In this document: positions 40,033 to 51,087 of the stretch, piece after piece
How the letters are laid out: each line of letters opens with the position of its first letter
How positions within the stretch are numbered: the first letter of the stretch is position 1
Origin: an uncultured Mucilaginibacter sp.
Lineage (GTDB): Bacteria > Bacteroidota > Bacteroidia > Sphingobacteriales > Sphingobacteriaceae
NCBI GenBank assembly: GCA_966212355.1
Contig: CBIHRB010000008.1
Span: 95,084 to 159,083, forward strand
Reading direction: 5' to 3'
Length of the DNA: 64,000 nt
The notes under the pieces: model-generated
What the model saw: only the letters and a program-made list of their open reading frames with translations
Databases searched by the model: none
What the model was told of the DNA's origin: nothing
Position numbers and translations under genes: made by a program

Positions 40033-41724
40033 AATTCTCAGGCTCAGCATAAAAAGGGCGGCGATAATAAAGCCCTTGCATCGGCAGGTAAAGTAATGAG
40101 CTACCAGGACAGCGCCATGGTTAAGCAGCTTTTCTTTTCGGCCCTGCGCGAAAAAACGGTTGAGAACTATAAGCTTGCCACCGAAATGTTTGAGCGCGTT
40201 TTACAGGCCGATCCTGCAAATGATGCTTCCTTATATGAACTGGCTAACCTTAAAAGGCAGCAAAATAATTTTGCAGCTTCTGAGCCTCTTTTAGAGCAGG
40301 CTGTAGCAATAAATAAGGATAACGAATGGTATTGGGCGGCATTGGCCGATAGCTATGAAAAAACCAATACCATTGATAAGCTTGAAAATGTTTTTAACCA
40401 GCTGATCAGGCTTAACCCGGACAAATCAGCGTATTATTTTGACAAGGCCAATGCTTTCACCATCCTGAAAAGGTACGATGATGCCCTTAAGGTGTACGAT
40501 GAGATTGAAAAACTGAATGGCCCGAGTGATGATGTTTTAGCCAATCGTCAAAAGATCTATTTAAAGCAGGGCAAAATTGACCAGGCCACTTCCGAACTGG
40601 AAAAGCAGATAGCCGCTAATCCCGGGGAAATCCGCTATTACCTGGCCCTTGGCGAAGTTTACAACTCGAACGGGTTTGCCGATAAGGCGCTTAAAGTATT
40701 GCAGCAAGCCGAAAAGCTTGATCCGCGAAATGGTATGGTGCACTTCGCGCTGGCCGATATCTATCGCGATAAAAAGAATAACGAAGCCAGCTTTAACGAG
40801 CTTACCCAGGGATTTGCCATTTCGGATATCGGCATCGATCAAAAAATTAATATTATATCGGGATACTTTCCTAAGTTTCCGGAGGCCAATGCCAAAGCCA
40901 GCGCGCTTGAATTAAGCCGGATCCTGACCGTTGCCCATCCTAACGACGCCAGGGCTTATGCCATTTATGGTGATATGCTGATCCAGAATACCAAATATAA
41001 AGAGGCAAAGCCGGTACTTAAAAAATCGGCCCAGCTTAATAACCAGGTATACAATGTTCAGGAACAGCTGGTGCGCCTGGATTTAGGCGACAATGACCTT
41101 GACGCCGCTATTAAAGATGGTGAAAACGCATTGTCATTATTCCCCAACCAGGCCTGGATGAACTATCTTGTTGGTGTGGCCTGGGCACAAAAAAAGGATA
41201 ACAATAAAGCGGTTGGTTATCTTAAAAACGCTACTTCATTAGAACTTCAGGATAAGGAGCTACTTTCGTTAAGTTTTTCATTATTGGGCGATTGCTATCA
41301 TGAGTTGAAGAATATTAAAAGTTCTGACGAGAGTTATGAGAAAGCTTTAACCTACAATCCGGATAATGCATTCACTTTAAACAATTATGCTTATTATTTA
41401 TCGTTAAGGAATGAGCAGCTGGAAAAGGCGGCAGCAATGTCGGCACATTCCAACGAGTTGCAGCCTAATACGGCATCGTTTGAAGATACTTATGCCTGGA
41501 TCCTGTTTAAACAAAAAAAATATGCCCAGGCAAAAGAATGGATGGAGAAGGCCCTGACGCATGATAAAGACAATAGCGGGGTTAAGTATGAACATTATGG
41601 CGATATATTATTTTTCCTCGGGAATACCGATGCTGCCGTAACTAACTGGAAAAAGGCGAAAGGCTTTGGTGAGCAGTCACCAGTTTTAGATCGTAAGATA
41701 AATGAAAAAAAATATAGCGAATAG
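39925..41724 (+). CDS. Exported tetratricopeptide repeat protein
   Basis: Multiple TPRs, LNNYAYYLS and FEDTYAWIL motifs; dut-DUF4292 context. Confidence 0.9.
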   Translation: MKIGKSNIKLESTRKTHLFSAPFLASLFLPLAILPLNSQAQHKKGGDNKALASAGKVMSYQDSAMVKQLFFSALREKTVENYKLATEMFERVLQADPANDASLYELANLKRQQNNFAASEPLLEQAVAINKDNEWYWAALADSYEKTNTIDKLENVFNQLIRLNPDKSAYYFDKANAFTILKRYDDALKVYDEIEKLNGPSDDVLANRQKIYLKQGKIDQATSELEKQIAANPGEIRYYLALGEVYNSNGFADKALKVLQQAEKLDPRNGMVHFALADIYRDKKNNEASFNELTQGFAISDIGIDQKINIISGYFPKFPEANAKASALELSRILTVAHPNDARAYAIYGDMLIQNTKYKEAKPVLKKSAQLNNQVYNVQEQLVRLDLGDNDLDAAIKDGENALSLFPNQAWMNYLVGVAWAQKKDNNKAVGYLKNATSLELQDKELLSLSFSLLGDCYHELKNIKSSDESYEKALTYNPDNAFTLNNYAYYLSLRNEQLEKAAAMSAHSNELQPNTASFEDTYAWILFKQKKYAQAKEWMEKALTHDKDNSGVKYEHYGDILFFLGNTDAAVTNWKKAKGFGEQSPVLDRKINEKKYSE

Positions 41725-42487
41725 TTTACTTATAGCTTGCTGCCTGCTGGTAATGGTGAGCTGTAAAGCGCGTAAACAAGTTTTGGTTACCCGTAAGGCA
41801 GATTCGACGGCAAGGACGAGTGATATTGCCGGCAAACTGGCTGCGATAAGGGCAAACCAGGTAAATTTTACAACATTTGCGGGCAAGGCAAAAACCAAGC
41901 TTAGCATCAATAATAACAGCAATGATGTTACCCTGAATATCAGGATAGCAAAAGATAAAAGGATCTGGGTTTCCATCACAGCAGTATTAGGAATTGAAGC
42001 GGCCCGCGCCGTTATAACGCCCGACAGCATTATGATCATTAACCGCCTGCAAAGCGTTTATATTAAAAAGCCATTCAGCTATATATATACTTACGCCAGC
42101 AAAGAAGTTAATTATAAAACGCTCGAGTCATTGCTGATTGGCAACGCGGTGCCCGAACTGCTGAACGAGCAGTCGACCTTTGACCATGCCGATGGCAATA
42201 CAACCTTAAGCGGCACCCTGAACGATCTGGTTTACAAGCTGATACTTGGTCCGGATAATAAGGTTACGCAAACCAATTTAGATAACCAGCGCCAGGCGCA
42301 ATCATTACAGGTTACCAATAATACCTTTATCGAGGCAACAAACCGGGTATTGCCGGCACAAATAGATATCGCATCAGTAGTAAAAGATAAAAAAATACAA
42401 GTTAATTTGCATTATACTAAGGCCGATTTTGAAGTACAGCAAAACTATCCGTTCAGCATTCCTGACGGATACGAGCCTGGCAAATAA
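41702..42487 (+). CDS. DUF4292 domain lipoprotein
   Basis: Lipobox VMVSC, IWVSITA.LGIEAAR and YPFSIPDGY motifs. Confidence 0.8.
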   Translation: MKKNIANSLLIACCLLVMVSCKARKQVLVTRKADSTARTSDIAGKLAAIRANQVNFTTFAGKAKTKLSINNNSNDVTLNIRIAKDKRIWVSITAVLGIEAARAVITPDSIMIINRLQSVYIKKPFSYIYTYASKEVNYKTLESLLIGNAVPELLNEQSTFDHADGNTTLSGTLNDLVYKLILGPDNKVTQTNLDNQRQAQSLQVTNNTFIEATNRVLPAQIDIASVVKDKKIQVNLHYTKADFEVQQNYPFSIPDGYEPGK

Positions 42488-42500
42488 TTAATATGTTTAT

Positions 42501-43811
42501 TTGATGAAGTTTTTAAAAGCAGTTTTCTTTTTAGTATTGGTATTTACGGCGTTTACGGTGCATGCCCAAAGCAGCGATGAGCTGAAACGCAGGCGCGATA
42601 AATTAAATAAGGAGCTTGAGCAGCTTAACCAGGACTACCAGGAAACCCTGAACAATAAAAAAACTTCATTAAAGCAATTAAGTATCCTTAAAGCGCAAAT
42701 AAACCTGCGGCAGGAAAAAATTGAGAATATCAACTCGGAGGTAAGAAACCTGGATAACCAAATCTCTGAGAGCAATAATAACGTACGGAGCTTACAGTCG
42801 CAGTTAGACCAGCTTAAAAAGGAGTATGCAGCCATGATCCTGTTTGCATACCGTAACCAGAGCGCCTATAATAAAATGATGTTCCTTTTTGCATCAAAAG
42901 ACTTTAACCAGGCCTATAAACGTTTAAAATATTTACAGCAGTTTGGTACCTACCGCGAGCGGCAGGCAAACTATATCCAGGGCACGCAAAAAGAGCTGCA
43001 TGTTAAAATTAATGAGCTTGACCGTACCAAAGACGAAAAAAATGATCTTTTAAAAGATCAGCAAAAAGAAAAGGAAACACTGGGTAACGAGCGGAACAAC
43101 CAGGTTAGGGTGGTAAGCGATCTGTCGCAGCATGCGGGGATCCTGAAAAAACAACAAAGGGATTTGCAGGCTAAGATAGCTAAAACGAACAGTGCTATTA
43201 AGGAGGCGATTCGCAGGGAGATTGAGGAAGCCAGACGCAGGGCTGAAGAAGAGGAAAGACGCAGGGCCGAAGAGGCCGCAAGACTGGCAGCTGCAAGGGC
43301 AAAAGCCGAAAATAAACCGGCTCCCGTTGCTCCTGTAGCACCTAAACCGGTTGCCCGTACAAACTCAAGCGCGTTAAATGCTACGCCGGAAGCCGCTAAG
43401 TTGTCAAATGACTTTTTAGGTAATCGCGGAAGTTTACCGTGGCCGGTTGCTAATGGTATCCCAACTCAGGGCTTTGGTATTTATACCACACCAGAAGGGA
43501 TCAGGAGTGAAAGTAACGGCTGGGATATCCGCACCAATTCGGGTAGCGCGGTAAGAGCGGTATTTGATGGAACCGTTGTAAAAGTAATGGATGTGAGCGG
43601 TACCTACCTGGTGGTTATAGTTCATGGCGAGTATTTTACTGCATACAGTAATTTGCGTTCGGTTAGTGTGGCAAGAGGCCAAAAAGTAAGTACTAAACAA
43701 TCCATAGGTGTGGTGGCAACTGATCCGTCGACAGGTGAAACTGAAGCCCATTTTGAAATTTATAAGGGAGCAACGCCGGTTAACCCCAAGATCTGGCTGG
43801 CGCCTAACTAA
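42501..43811 (+). CDS. envC: EnvC-like murein hydrolase activator (coiled coil + degenerate M23)
   Basis: Long coiled coil, F..NRGSLPWPV and HFEIYKG...NP.IWL. Confidence 0.85.
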   Translation: MMKFLKAVFFLVLVFTAFTVHAQSSDELKRRRDKLNKELEQLNQDYQETLNNKKTSLKQLSILKAQINLRQEKIENINSEVRNLDNQISESNNNVRSLQSQLDQLKKEYAAMILFAYRNQSAYNKMMFLFASKDFNQAYKRLKYLQQFGTYRERQANYIQGTQKELHVKINELDRTKDEKNDLLKDQQKEKETLGNERNNQVRVVSDLSQHAGILKKQQRDLQAKIAKTNSAIKEAIRREIEEARRRAEEEERRRAEEAARLAAARAKAENKPAPVAPVAPKPVARTNSSALNATPEAAKLSNDFLGNRGSLPWPVANGIPTQGFGIYTTPEGIRSESNGWDIRTNSGSAVRAVFDGTVVKVMDVSGTYLVVIVHGEYFTAYSNLRSVSVARGQKVSTKQSIGVVATDPSTGETEAHFEIYKGATPVNPKIWLAPN

Positions 43812-43870
43812 TTAGTTATGAACTATAAGAAATTTTAATTGTATATATTTGTATCCTTAAACAGAATGCT

Positions 43871-44314
43871 ATGTTAAGTTCAGTTTTGTTATTTTTAAAT
43901 ATTGGTACGGGCGAGATGGTACTGATACTTTTTGCAGCATTGATGCTATTTGGCGGCGAAAAGCTGCCCGGCCTGGCGAGGAGCCTGGGTAAAGGTATCC
44001 GCGACTTTAAAGATGCCTCCGAAGATGTTAAACGTGAGATCAATAACCAGATCAATAATTACGAGGAAAAGAAACCTGCACCTAAAGTAGAAGAAGAAAA
44101 GCCGCTTTTAGATGAAAAAGCTTCAGAAGCTCCTGAAGCTGCAGCTGAGCACGAAAAGCCGGTTGTTGAAAATACTGTTCCAAATACAATCGCTATCAGT
44201 GATTATCATGTAAATACCCCGGCCGAGCCGGAACATCAAAGTCATATCAATTTAGATAAGACCATTACCGGTAGCCATCTGGATACCGAAAAAGAAGAAG
44301 AATACAAATCATAA
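43871..44314 (+). CDS. TatA/TatB-like twin-arginine translocase subunit with long acidic tail
   Basis: GTGEMVLI..LFGGEKLPGLARSLGKGIRDFK. Confidence 0.85.
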   Translation: MLSSVLLFLNIGTGEMVLILFAALMLFGGEKLPGLARSLGKGIRDFKDASEDVKREINNQINNYEEKKPAPKVEEEKPLLDEKASEAPEAAAEHEKPVVENTVPNTIAISDYHVNTPAEPEHQSHINLDKTITGSHLDTEKEEEYKS

Positions 44315-44346
44315 TATAATATTAATCATACATAAAACTTAAAATC

Positions 44347-44520
44347 ATGGGTGGATTAGGCGCACCAGAAATTATTCTGATCATCATTGCGATACTTTTA
44401 TTATTCGGCGGTAAAAAAATACCTGAATTAATGAGAGGTTTAGGGAAAGGCGTTAAGGAATTTAAAGACGCGCAAAACAGCGACGGCTCATCTTCTTCAT
44501 CTGAAGAAAAAAAAGCTTAA
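44347..44520 (+). CDS. tatA: TatA/E twin-arginine translocase subunit (57 aa, absent from ORF track)
   Basis: Hand translation [43 protein letters not shown]... Confidence 0.92.
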   Translation: MGGLGAPEIILIIIAILLLFGGKKIPELMRGLGKGVKEFKDAQNSDGSSSSSEEKKA

Positions 44521-44569
44521 TACCCTAACAGGGATTAGGTTTTAATGCCATTTTTATTGAGTATATGAA

Positions 44570-44612
44570 CTTATCTGTTGATTTATTTCTTATTTCAACG
44601 GATAAGTTTTTT
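44570..44612 (+). terminator. Rho-independent terminator after tatA
   Basis: CTTATCTGTTGA...TCAACGGATAAG followed by TTTTTT. Confidence 0.7.
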
Positions 44613-44623
44613 ATTTTAGCCCC

Positions 44624-46048
44624 ATGGCTAATATTTATTCCTCTTTAACCGAAATAAAGAGCGGGTTGCAACGTGCAGAAATTACTGTTGAAGGTCTTGT
44701 AAAAGGCTATTTGCTTGAAATTGAAAAAAATGCTCATTTAAACGCTTTTAATGAAGTGTTTGCTGATGAAGCACTGATTGCTGCAAAAAACGTTGACAAC
44801 AAAATAAAGAATGGCACCGCCGGCAAATTAGCCGGTATGGTTATCGGCATTAAAGATAATATCTGCTATAAAGGGCACCAGGTTAGTGCCTCCTCAAAAA
44901 TCTTAACAAGTTTCACTTCCATCTTTTCATCAACCGTGGTTGAACGCCTGCTGGCCGAAGACGCGGTGATCATTGGGCGCTGTAACTGCGATGAATTTGC
45001 TATGGGGGCCACCAACGAATCATCATACTTTGGCCCGGTAAAAAACCATGCCGACGAAACTAAAGTTGCCGGCGGGTCGTCGGGCGGTTCGGCTGTGGCC
45101 GTACAAGCAGGGATGTGCCATGCCGCTTTAGGTACGGATACGGGTGGTTCAGTAAGGCAACCGGCTTCATTTTGTGGTGTTGTAGGTTTAAAGCCAACAT
45201 ACGGGACAATTTCAAGGCACGGTATTATCGCCTATGCTTCATCGTTTGACCAGGTTGGCCCTATCACTAAATCGGTAGAAGATGCAGCATTATTGCTGGA
45301 AGTACTTGCCGGTCCGGATGAGTTCGACAGTACGTTATCACAAACTCCGCCGCCTGCATCATATACTAACCTTCAAAAGCCGGGAAAAAAGAAGATAGCT
45401 TACCTGCAGGAAGCCATATCAAGCCCCGGTGTTGATACCGAAGTAAAAGATAATCTTGTACAATATATTGATAAGCTGCGTGCCGAGGGGCATACGGTTA
45501 CCCCAATAGCTTTTGAGCTGCTGGAATACCTGGTGCCAACTTATTATATCCTGGCTATGGCCGAAGCGTCATCAAACCTGGCAAGGTACGATGGTGTACA
45601 TTACGGCTATCGCAGTCCGCTGGCTACAGATTTACAGTCTACTTATAAACGTTCCCGTTCTGAAGGTTTTGGTAAGGAAGTAAAGCGCCGTATCATGCTG
45701 GGCACTTTTGTTTTGAGCGCGGGTTATTACGATGCCTACTATGCAAAAGCACAAAAAGTACGCAGGTTGATACAGGAAAAAACCAACCAGATACTGGAAG
45801 AGTATGATTTTATACTGGTGCCTACCGCGCCCGAACCGGCCTTTAACATAGGTAAGGAAGAGAAAGATCCGGTGGTAATGTATCTTTCTGACATTTTTAC
45901 CGTACAAGCCTCATTAACCGGCGTGCCGGCCATATCAATACCTACGGGCAATAACAGCAACGGTTTGCCGTTAGGTTTACAGTTATTAACAAAGCACTTT
46001 GGCGAACAGCAACTGTTAGATTTTGCCAAATATTTTCTCGATCTGTAA
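44624..46048 (+). CDS. gatA: Asp/Glu-tRNA amidotransferase subunit A
   Basis: Amidase signature GGSSGGS, GTDTGGSVRQPA, LARYDGVHYG and EVKRRIMLG. Confidence 0.95.
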   Translation: MANIYSSLTEIKSGLQRAEITVEGLVKGYLLEIEKNAHLNAFNEVFADEALIAAKNVDNKIKNGTAGKLAGMVIGIKDNICYKGHQVSASSKILTSFTSIFSSTVVERLLAEDAVIIGRCNCDEFAMGATNESSYFGPVKNHADETKVAGGSSGGSAVAVQAGMCHAALGTDTGGSVRQPASFCGVVGLKPTYGTISRHGIIAYASSFDQVGPITKSVEDAALLLEVLAGPDEFDSTLSQTPPPASYTNLQKPGKKKIAYLQEAISSPGVDTEVKDNLVQYIDKLRAEGHTVTPIAFELLEYLVPTYYILAMAEASSNLARYDGVHYGYRSPLATDLQSTYKRSRSEGFGKEVKRRIMLGTFVLSAGYYDAYYAKAQKVRRLIQEKTNQILEEYDFILVPTAPEPAFNIGKEEKDPVVMYLSDIFTVQASLTGVPAISIPTGNNSNGLPLGLQLLTKHFGEQQLLDFAKYFLDL

Positions 46049-46115
46049 TAAAAAATGATATTTTAGTAAAATGCTGATGCTTTGGGCATTATAAATTAAT
46101 CAAATCCCTGAATAA

Positions 46116-47390
46116 ATGAAGAGATTATTTACGCTGACCATTTGCCTCTTATCACTCCAAGTTTTACAAGCCGAAACAAACACAACCAATTCGGCAAAGT
46201 CAATTAAGCAAATAAACCGGGTAACCAAATTTAACCCCGATATTGTAAACGCCGACACTACTATTTTACCGGTGCTTAATCAGTCGTTGCCGGTAAGTAC
46301 ATACGGCGGTTTGTACAAGCGCAGGTTAGATTCCATCCGCAAGGATATCCAGCTTGATTATAATGAATATGTGCAGGCTTATATCGATCTGTATATGCAC
46401 AACCGCGAAGAAATGGGCCAGGTAGCAGGCTTAACCAAATATTACTTCCCCATATACGAAAAGGCTTTCCGCGAAGCCGGGATCCCCGAAGAAATAAAAT
46501 TCCTGTCGATTGTGGAATCAAAGCTTGATCCAAACGCGGTATCAAGGGTAGGGGCCACAGGTCTTTGGCAGTTTATGGGTACCACAGCAAAAACTTATGG
46601 CTTAAACATGGATAACTATGTTGATGAACGCCGTGACCCTATCCAATCGAGCTATGCCGCGGCTGCCTATCTGAAAGATGCCTACCAGGAATTTGGCGAC
46701 TGGCTACTGGCCATTGCCTCATATAATTGCGGTAAAAGCAATGTGGAGCGCGCCGTTGAAAAGGCAGGTGGCATAACCGATTTCTGGAGCATCCGCCAGT
46801 ACCTGCCTGTTGAAACCCGCGGTTATGTGCCGGCTTTCATCGCCATGAATTATGTGATGCATTATTTTAATAAGCATAACATTGTTGCGCAGGCCTGCAG
46901 TTTTTCTACACGTACTGATACGGTGATGGTAAAAAGGGTAGTGCCGTTAAGTAATGTTGCCCAGGCACTTGATGTTAGTTTAAGGGAGATCACCATCCTT
47001 AACCCATCGTACAGGATGGCGGTAGTTAACGGAAGCGTTAAGGCGCCACGCAGGTTGATCATTCCCCAAACAGCAAGAGATAATTACGCGGCATTATACA
47101 ATGTGTTAAATGGTGTTGATGCGCCGGTGAAACCTGCTGCTAAGCCCGCTGCTTACGCTGCAGTTCAATATACACCGGCTAAGCCTGAACGTAAAATCCC
47201 TACCCATCATAAAGTGAAGAGAGGCGAAACACTTGCTTCTATAGCTGATATGTTTGGTTGTGAAGTTTCCGATCTGAAAGTTTGGAACCATCTTAAAACC
47301 AACAAGGCACCAGTAGGGGCCATGCTAAGGGTATCGGCAGGGGAAGTTGCTGCCAACGTGCAGGATGACGGCCAGTATTCAAAGAATTAA
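46116..47390 (+). CDS. MltD-like lytic transglycosylase with LysM
   Basis: IVES, GATGLWQFM, ASYNCG and ETRGYVP SLT motifs; C-terminal LysM. Confidence 0.9.
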   Translation: MKRLFTLTICLLSLQVLQAETNTTNSAKSIKQINRVTKFNPDIVNADTTILPVLNQSLPVSTYGGLYKRRLDSIRKDIQLDYNEYVQAYIDLYMHNREEMGQVAGLTKYYFPIYEKAFREAGIPEEIKFLSIVESKLDPNAVSRVGATGLWQFMGTTAKTYGLNMDNYVDERRDPIQSSYAAAAYLKDAYQEFGDWLLAIASYNCGKSNVERAVEKAGGITDFWSIRQYLPVETRGYVPAFIAMNYVMHYFNKHNIVAQACSFSTRTDTVMVKRVVPLSNVAQALDVSLREITILNPSYRMAVVNGSVKAPRRLIIPQTARDNYAALYNVLNGVDAPVKPAAKPAAYAAVQYTPAKPERKIPTHHKVKRGETLASIADMFGCEVSDLKVWNHLKTNKAPVGAMLRVSAGEVAANVQDDGQYSKN

Positions 47391-47430
47391 TTTTTTTAGT
47401 CCATAAGTCTGATATACGCAAGTATTTTTA

Positions 47431-47993
47431 GTCGGGAAGTCCGCAGTCCGCAAGTCCGAAAGTTGAGATCCAGCTTTCGGACTTGTCTTTTATAATATTG
47501 TAAATTCTTCAATCGCCGCCCGGTTAATGGCTACAGTGGTACAGCGACCGCAAATAAAGTACTTTTAGCGGATTGTTAGTGTAATCCCTGTTTTTATTAT
47601 ATGTCTTATTGTCAAGGCTTTATATTGACAAATTGCGAAAAGTGTTAACCCTGTTAACCCCCATCGCCGCCGCTCGCATCATGGCGAGTGGCAACTATCA
47701 AGCGGCCTCTGGCCGCCGGGGCAAAAGCAGCTTAGCCGTTTTAACTTGCGCTCGTTTTTAACTTGCGCTCGTTTGCAACGAGTGCTTAACTTGGGTTAGC
47801 GTTTATAACGCGACTGGCGATGCAATCGCCAAACCATATTAAGCACTCGTTGCAAACGAGCGCAAGAGATGATAGTATAAGAATCTTTCGGACTTCCGGA
47901 CTTTCCGACATAAAAAAACATTTGTATTTTTATAGATATAAAGTCTTTCCGTGAAAATCTTTCGGACTTATGCGGACTTTCCGACTTCCGGAC
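47431..47993. repeat. Nested cluster of at least three REP-like families
   Basis: AAGTCCGAAAG-type arms at 47431-47484, 47885-47909 and 47959-47993; hairpins at 47669-47716; perfect 28-bp inverted repeat 47762-47789 / 47839-47866. Confidence 0.85.
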
Positions 47994-48005
47994 AAAAATA
48001 TAGCT

Positions 48006-48374
48006 ATGGAAAAGCCAAAGGAAAATATTGACGAATATATCGCCGGTTTCCCGGAGGATGTACAGCAGAAACTGCAACAGGTGCGCGAAACCATCAAAGC
48101 CGCCGCCCCCGATGCCGAAGAGGCTATCAAATATGCTATTCCTACCTTTATGCTCAATGGCAATTTAGTACACTTCGGCGGTTTTAAAAATCACATCGGT
48201 TTTTATCCGGCACCGCAGGGTTTGGAGGAGTTTAAAGAAGAACTTTCGGGCTATAAAGGGGCCAAAGGATCGGTTCAGTTTCCACTGGATGAACCTATGC
48301 CCCTCGATCTGATCACCAAAATTGTAAAGTTCAGGGTTCAGAAAAATATGGAGAAGGCGAAGAAGAAAAAATAG
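48006..48374 (+). CDS. DUF1801 (YdhG-like) protein
   Basis: IDEYIAGFPE, AEEAIKYAIPTF, HIGFYP and KGSVQFP motifs; ATG 48006 preferred. Confidence 0.88.
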   Translation: MEKPKENIDEYIAGFPEDVQQKLQQVRETIKAAAPDAEEAIKYAIPTFMLNGNLVHFGGFKNHIGFYPAPQGLEEFKEELSGYKGAKGSVQFPLDEPMPLDLITKIVKFRVQKNMEKAKKKK

Positions 48375-48520
48375 AACATTGCCAAATCCATTCTTTTAAA
48401 TCGATCTTATCAAAACATTAACCATATTTTATCCTCTTTTTAACATAATCGTAAAAAGGGGCTTTTTTATGTTTGTTCCATAAAAAGAATTGTAATTTTG
48501 GGCGCTTCAATTTGAAAAAA

Positions 48521-50797
48521 ATGAATAAAACTAACCGAAAACAGGACGCGCTGAATTACCACTCGCAAGGCCGTCCCGGAAAGATACAAGTTGTACCTAC
48601 CAAACCAACAAATTCGCAGCGCGACTTAACCATGGCCTACTCGCCCGGTGTGGCTGAACCATGTTTAAAGATTGCTGACAATACCGAAGATGTTTATAAA
48701 TATACCGCCAAAGGTAATCTTGTAGCGGTGATCAGCAATGGTACTGCCGTACTTGGCCTGGGCAACATCGGCCCTGAGGCCAGCAAGCCTGTAATGGAGG
48801 GTAAGGGTCTCCTGTTCAAGATCTATGCTGATATTGATGTATTTGATCTTGAACTGAACGCCAAAAGTGTAGATGACTTTGTGAACATCGTAAAAGCACT
48901 TGAGCCAACTTTCGGCGGTGTAAATTTAGAAGACATCTCGGCCCCAACCTGCTTTGAAATTGAGCGCAGGCTGAAAGCTGAAATGAATATTCCCGTAATG
49001 CATGATGATCAGCATGGTACCGCCATTATATCCGGCGCTGCCTTGATGAACGCCTGCGAAATCCAGGGAAAAAAACTGGATAAGATAAAGATGGTAGTTA
49101 ACGGTGCAGGTGCCGCCGCGGTATCCTGTTCAAAAATGTACCTGTCATTAGGGGTTAAAAAAGAAAACCTGGTGATGTTTGATATCAATGGTGTGCTCAA
49201 CCAGGAACGCACCGATCTTGACGAGATCAGGATGGAGTTTGCTACTGACCGCAAAGATGTTAAAACACTGGCTGATGCCATGAAAAATGCCGACGTATTT
49301 GTCGGTCTTTCGGCAGGTAATGTGGTAACCCCCGATATGCTGAAAACTATGGCTAAAAAGCCCATTGTTTTTGCTATGGCCAACCCGGTGCCCGAAATTG
49401 ATTATGACCTTGCAGCCGGCACACGCGATGATATTATTATGGCAACCGGCCGTTCCGATTTTCCTAACCAGGTAAATAACGTGCTTGGTTTCCCTTACAT
49501 TTTCCGCGGAGCACTTGACGTAAGGGCTACCGCTATTAACGAGGAAATGAAGATTGCCGCTACACACGCCATTGCCGAAATGGCTAAAAAACCGGTTCCC
49601 GAAGCAGTTAACCTCGCTTATAACCTTACTAACCTGAAATTTGGTAAGGATTATATCATTCCGAAACCAATGGACCAAAGGCTGATCACCGAGGTATCCA
49701 TGGCGGTGGCAAAAGCGGCCATAGCTTCAGGTGTAGCCCGTAAGGTGATCACCGATTGGGATGCGTACGCGGAGGAACTGAGGGTGCGCCTGGGTACTAA
49801 TGATAAACTGCTGCGTAACCTTACCGCTAAAGCAAAACAGAACCCCAAGCGCGTAGTATTTGCCGAGGCTGATAATTATAAGATCTTAAGATCGGCACAG
49901 ATAGTGAAAGAAGAAGGTATTGCCACCCCTATTTTGCTGGGCAATATCGACAGGATCAAAAAGATCATCCATGATAATGACCTTGATTTGGGCGATGTTC
50001 ATATCATTGATCCACGGGAAGGGTGTGAGCATATGGATGAGTATACCGAGTTTCTGTATAACAAACGCCAGCGCAGGGGGATTACCCTGTACGAGGCTAA
50101 AAAGCAATTGGTAGACCGTAACTACTACGGCGCTTGTATGGTGCAGTTTGGCCGGGCCGATGCCCTGATCTCGGGCTTAACCAAAAACTATGTAACCACG
50201 GTAAAACCGGCCCTCCAAATTATCGGTACGGAAGAAGGTGTTAACCGTGTTGCGGGCATGTATATGATGATCACCGCTAAAGGCCCTGTGTTTTTTGGAG
50301 ATACAACGGTGAACGTAAACCCATGTGTAAATGATTTGGTTGATATTACCGTGCTGATCGAGCGCTCGGTAAAGCAGTTTAATATCAGCCCGAGGGTAGC
50401 TGTGTTATCATACTCCAACTTCGGATCGAACGAAGGCGAAATACCGGAAAAAACCAGGGAAACAGTAGCGATACTGCATGAAAAATACCCTGATATGGTT
50501 GTCGACGGCGATATGCAGGCCAACTTTGCGCTAAACGCAGATTTGCTTGATGATAACTTCCCGTTCTCAACACTCAATGGTAAACCGGCCAATACACTGA
50601 TTTTCCCTAACCTGGAGTCGGGTAATATTGCCTATAAACTTTTGCAGGAAATAGGCGGCGCCGAAGCAGTTGGGCCGATATTGGTTGGCTTAAAGAAACC
50701 CGTGCATGTGCTGCAGTTGGGCAGTTCGGTACGTGAAATTGTAAATATGGTTACTATTGCAGTGGTTGATGCACAGGCAAAAGCTGCTGCCAAATAA
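48521..50797 (+). CDS. maeB: NADP-dependent malic enzyme with phosphotransacetylase-like domain
   Basis: [33 protein letters not shown] and VDGDMQAN motifs. Confidence 0.96.
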   Translation: MNKTNRKQDALNYHSQGRPGKIQVVPTKPTNSQRDLTMAYSPGVAEPCLKIADNTEDVYKYTAKGNLVAVISNGTAVLGLGNIGPEASKPVMEGKGLLFKIYADIDVFDLELNAKSVDDFVNIVKALEPTFGGVNLEDISAPTCFEIERRLKAEMNIPVMHDDQHGTAIISGAALMNACEIQGKKLDKIKMVVNGAGAAAVSCSKMYLSLGVKKENLVMFDINGVLNQERTDLDEIRMEFATDRKDVKTLADAMKNADVFVGLSAGNVVTPDMLKTMAKKPIVFAMANPVPEIDYDLAAGTRDDIIMATGRSDFPNQVNNVLGFPYIFRGALDVRATAINEEMKIAATHAIAEMAKKPVPEAVNLAYNLTNLKFGKDYIIPKPMDQRLITEVSMAVAKAAIASGVARKVITDWDAYAEELRVRLGTNDKLLRNLTAKAKQNPKRVVFAEADNYKILRSAQIVKEEGIATPILLGNIDRIKKIIHDNDLDLGDVHIIDPREGCEHMDEYTEFLYNKRQRRGITLYEAKKQLVDRNYYGACMVQFGRADALISGLTKNYVTTVKPALQIIGTEEGVNRVAGMYMMITAKGPVFFGDTTVNVNPCVNDLVDITVLIERSVKQFNISPRVAVLSYSNFGSNEGEIPEKTRETVAILHEKYPDMVVDGDMQANFALNADLLDDNFPFSTLNGKPANTLIFPNLESGNIAYKLLQEIGGAEAVGPILVGLKKPVHVLQLGSSVREIVNMVTIAVVDAQAKAAAK

Positions 50798-50801
50798 GCC
50801 A

Positions 50802-50912
50802 AGCCCCCTCTAAATCTCCCCCGGTAAGCCCCACCCAAACCCTCCCCGGAAGGGAGGGCTTTTAAGAAATCTCCATAAAGTCTCCCCTACCGGGGGAGAT
50901 TTAGAGGGGGCT
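50802..50912. repeat. GC-rich palindromic repeat (family A) with an extra inverted half
   Basis: Perfect 23-bp inverted repeat 50802-50824 / 50890-50912; full element starts at 50829 after TAAG. Confidence 0.9.
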
Positions 50913-50953
50913 AAAGACGCTGGTATTTAAATGCTTAGCGTCTTTATTTTTTT
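50912..50953 (+). terminator. Rho-independent terminator after maeB
   Basis: TAAAGACGCT...AGCGTCTTTA followed by a T tract. Confidence 0.75.
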
Positions 50954-51087
50954 TGGGTGAGTATCTTGCGGCTTTTTATTTGTCATTATATAACATAATG
51001 ACGCCGGAATTTTATCTTTGGATAATCACTGTAAAGGCTGTTTGCCATTAACATCATTGTTTAATAAACTTAATAAAGTAATAATAT

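Noticed and set aside
47796-48163. Minus-strand ORFs over the repeat nest and the 12-aa N-terminal extension of DUF1801
   Set aside because: Products of repeat sequence; a better ATG exists at 48006.
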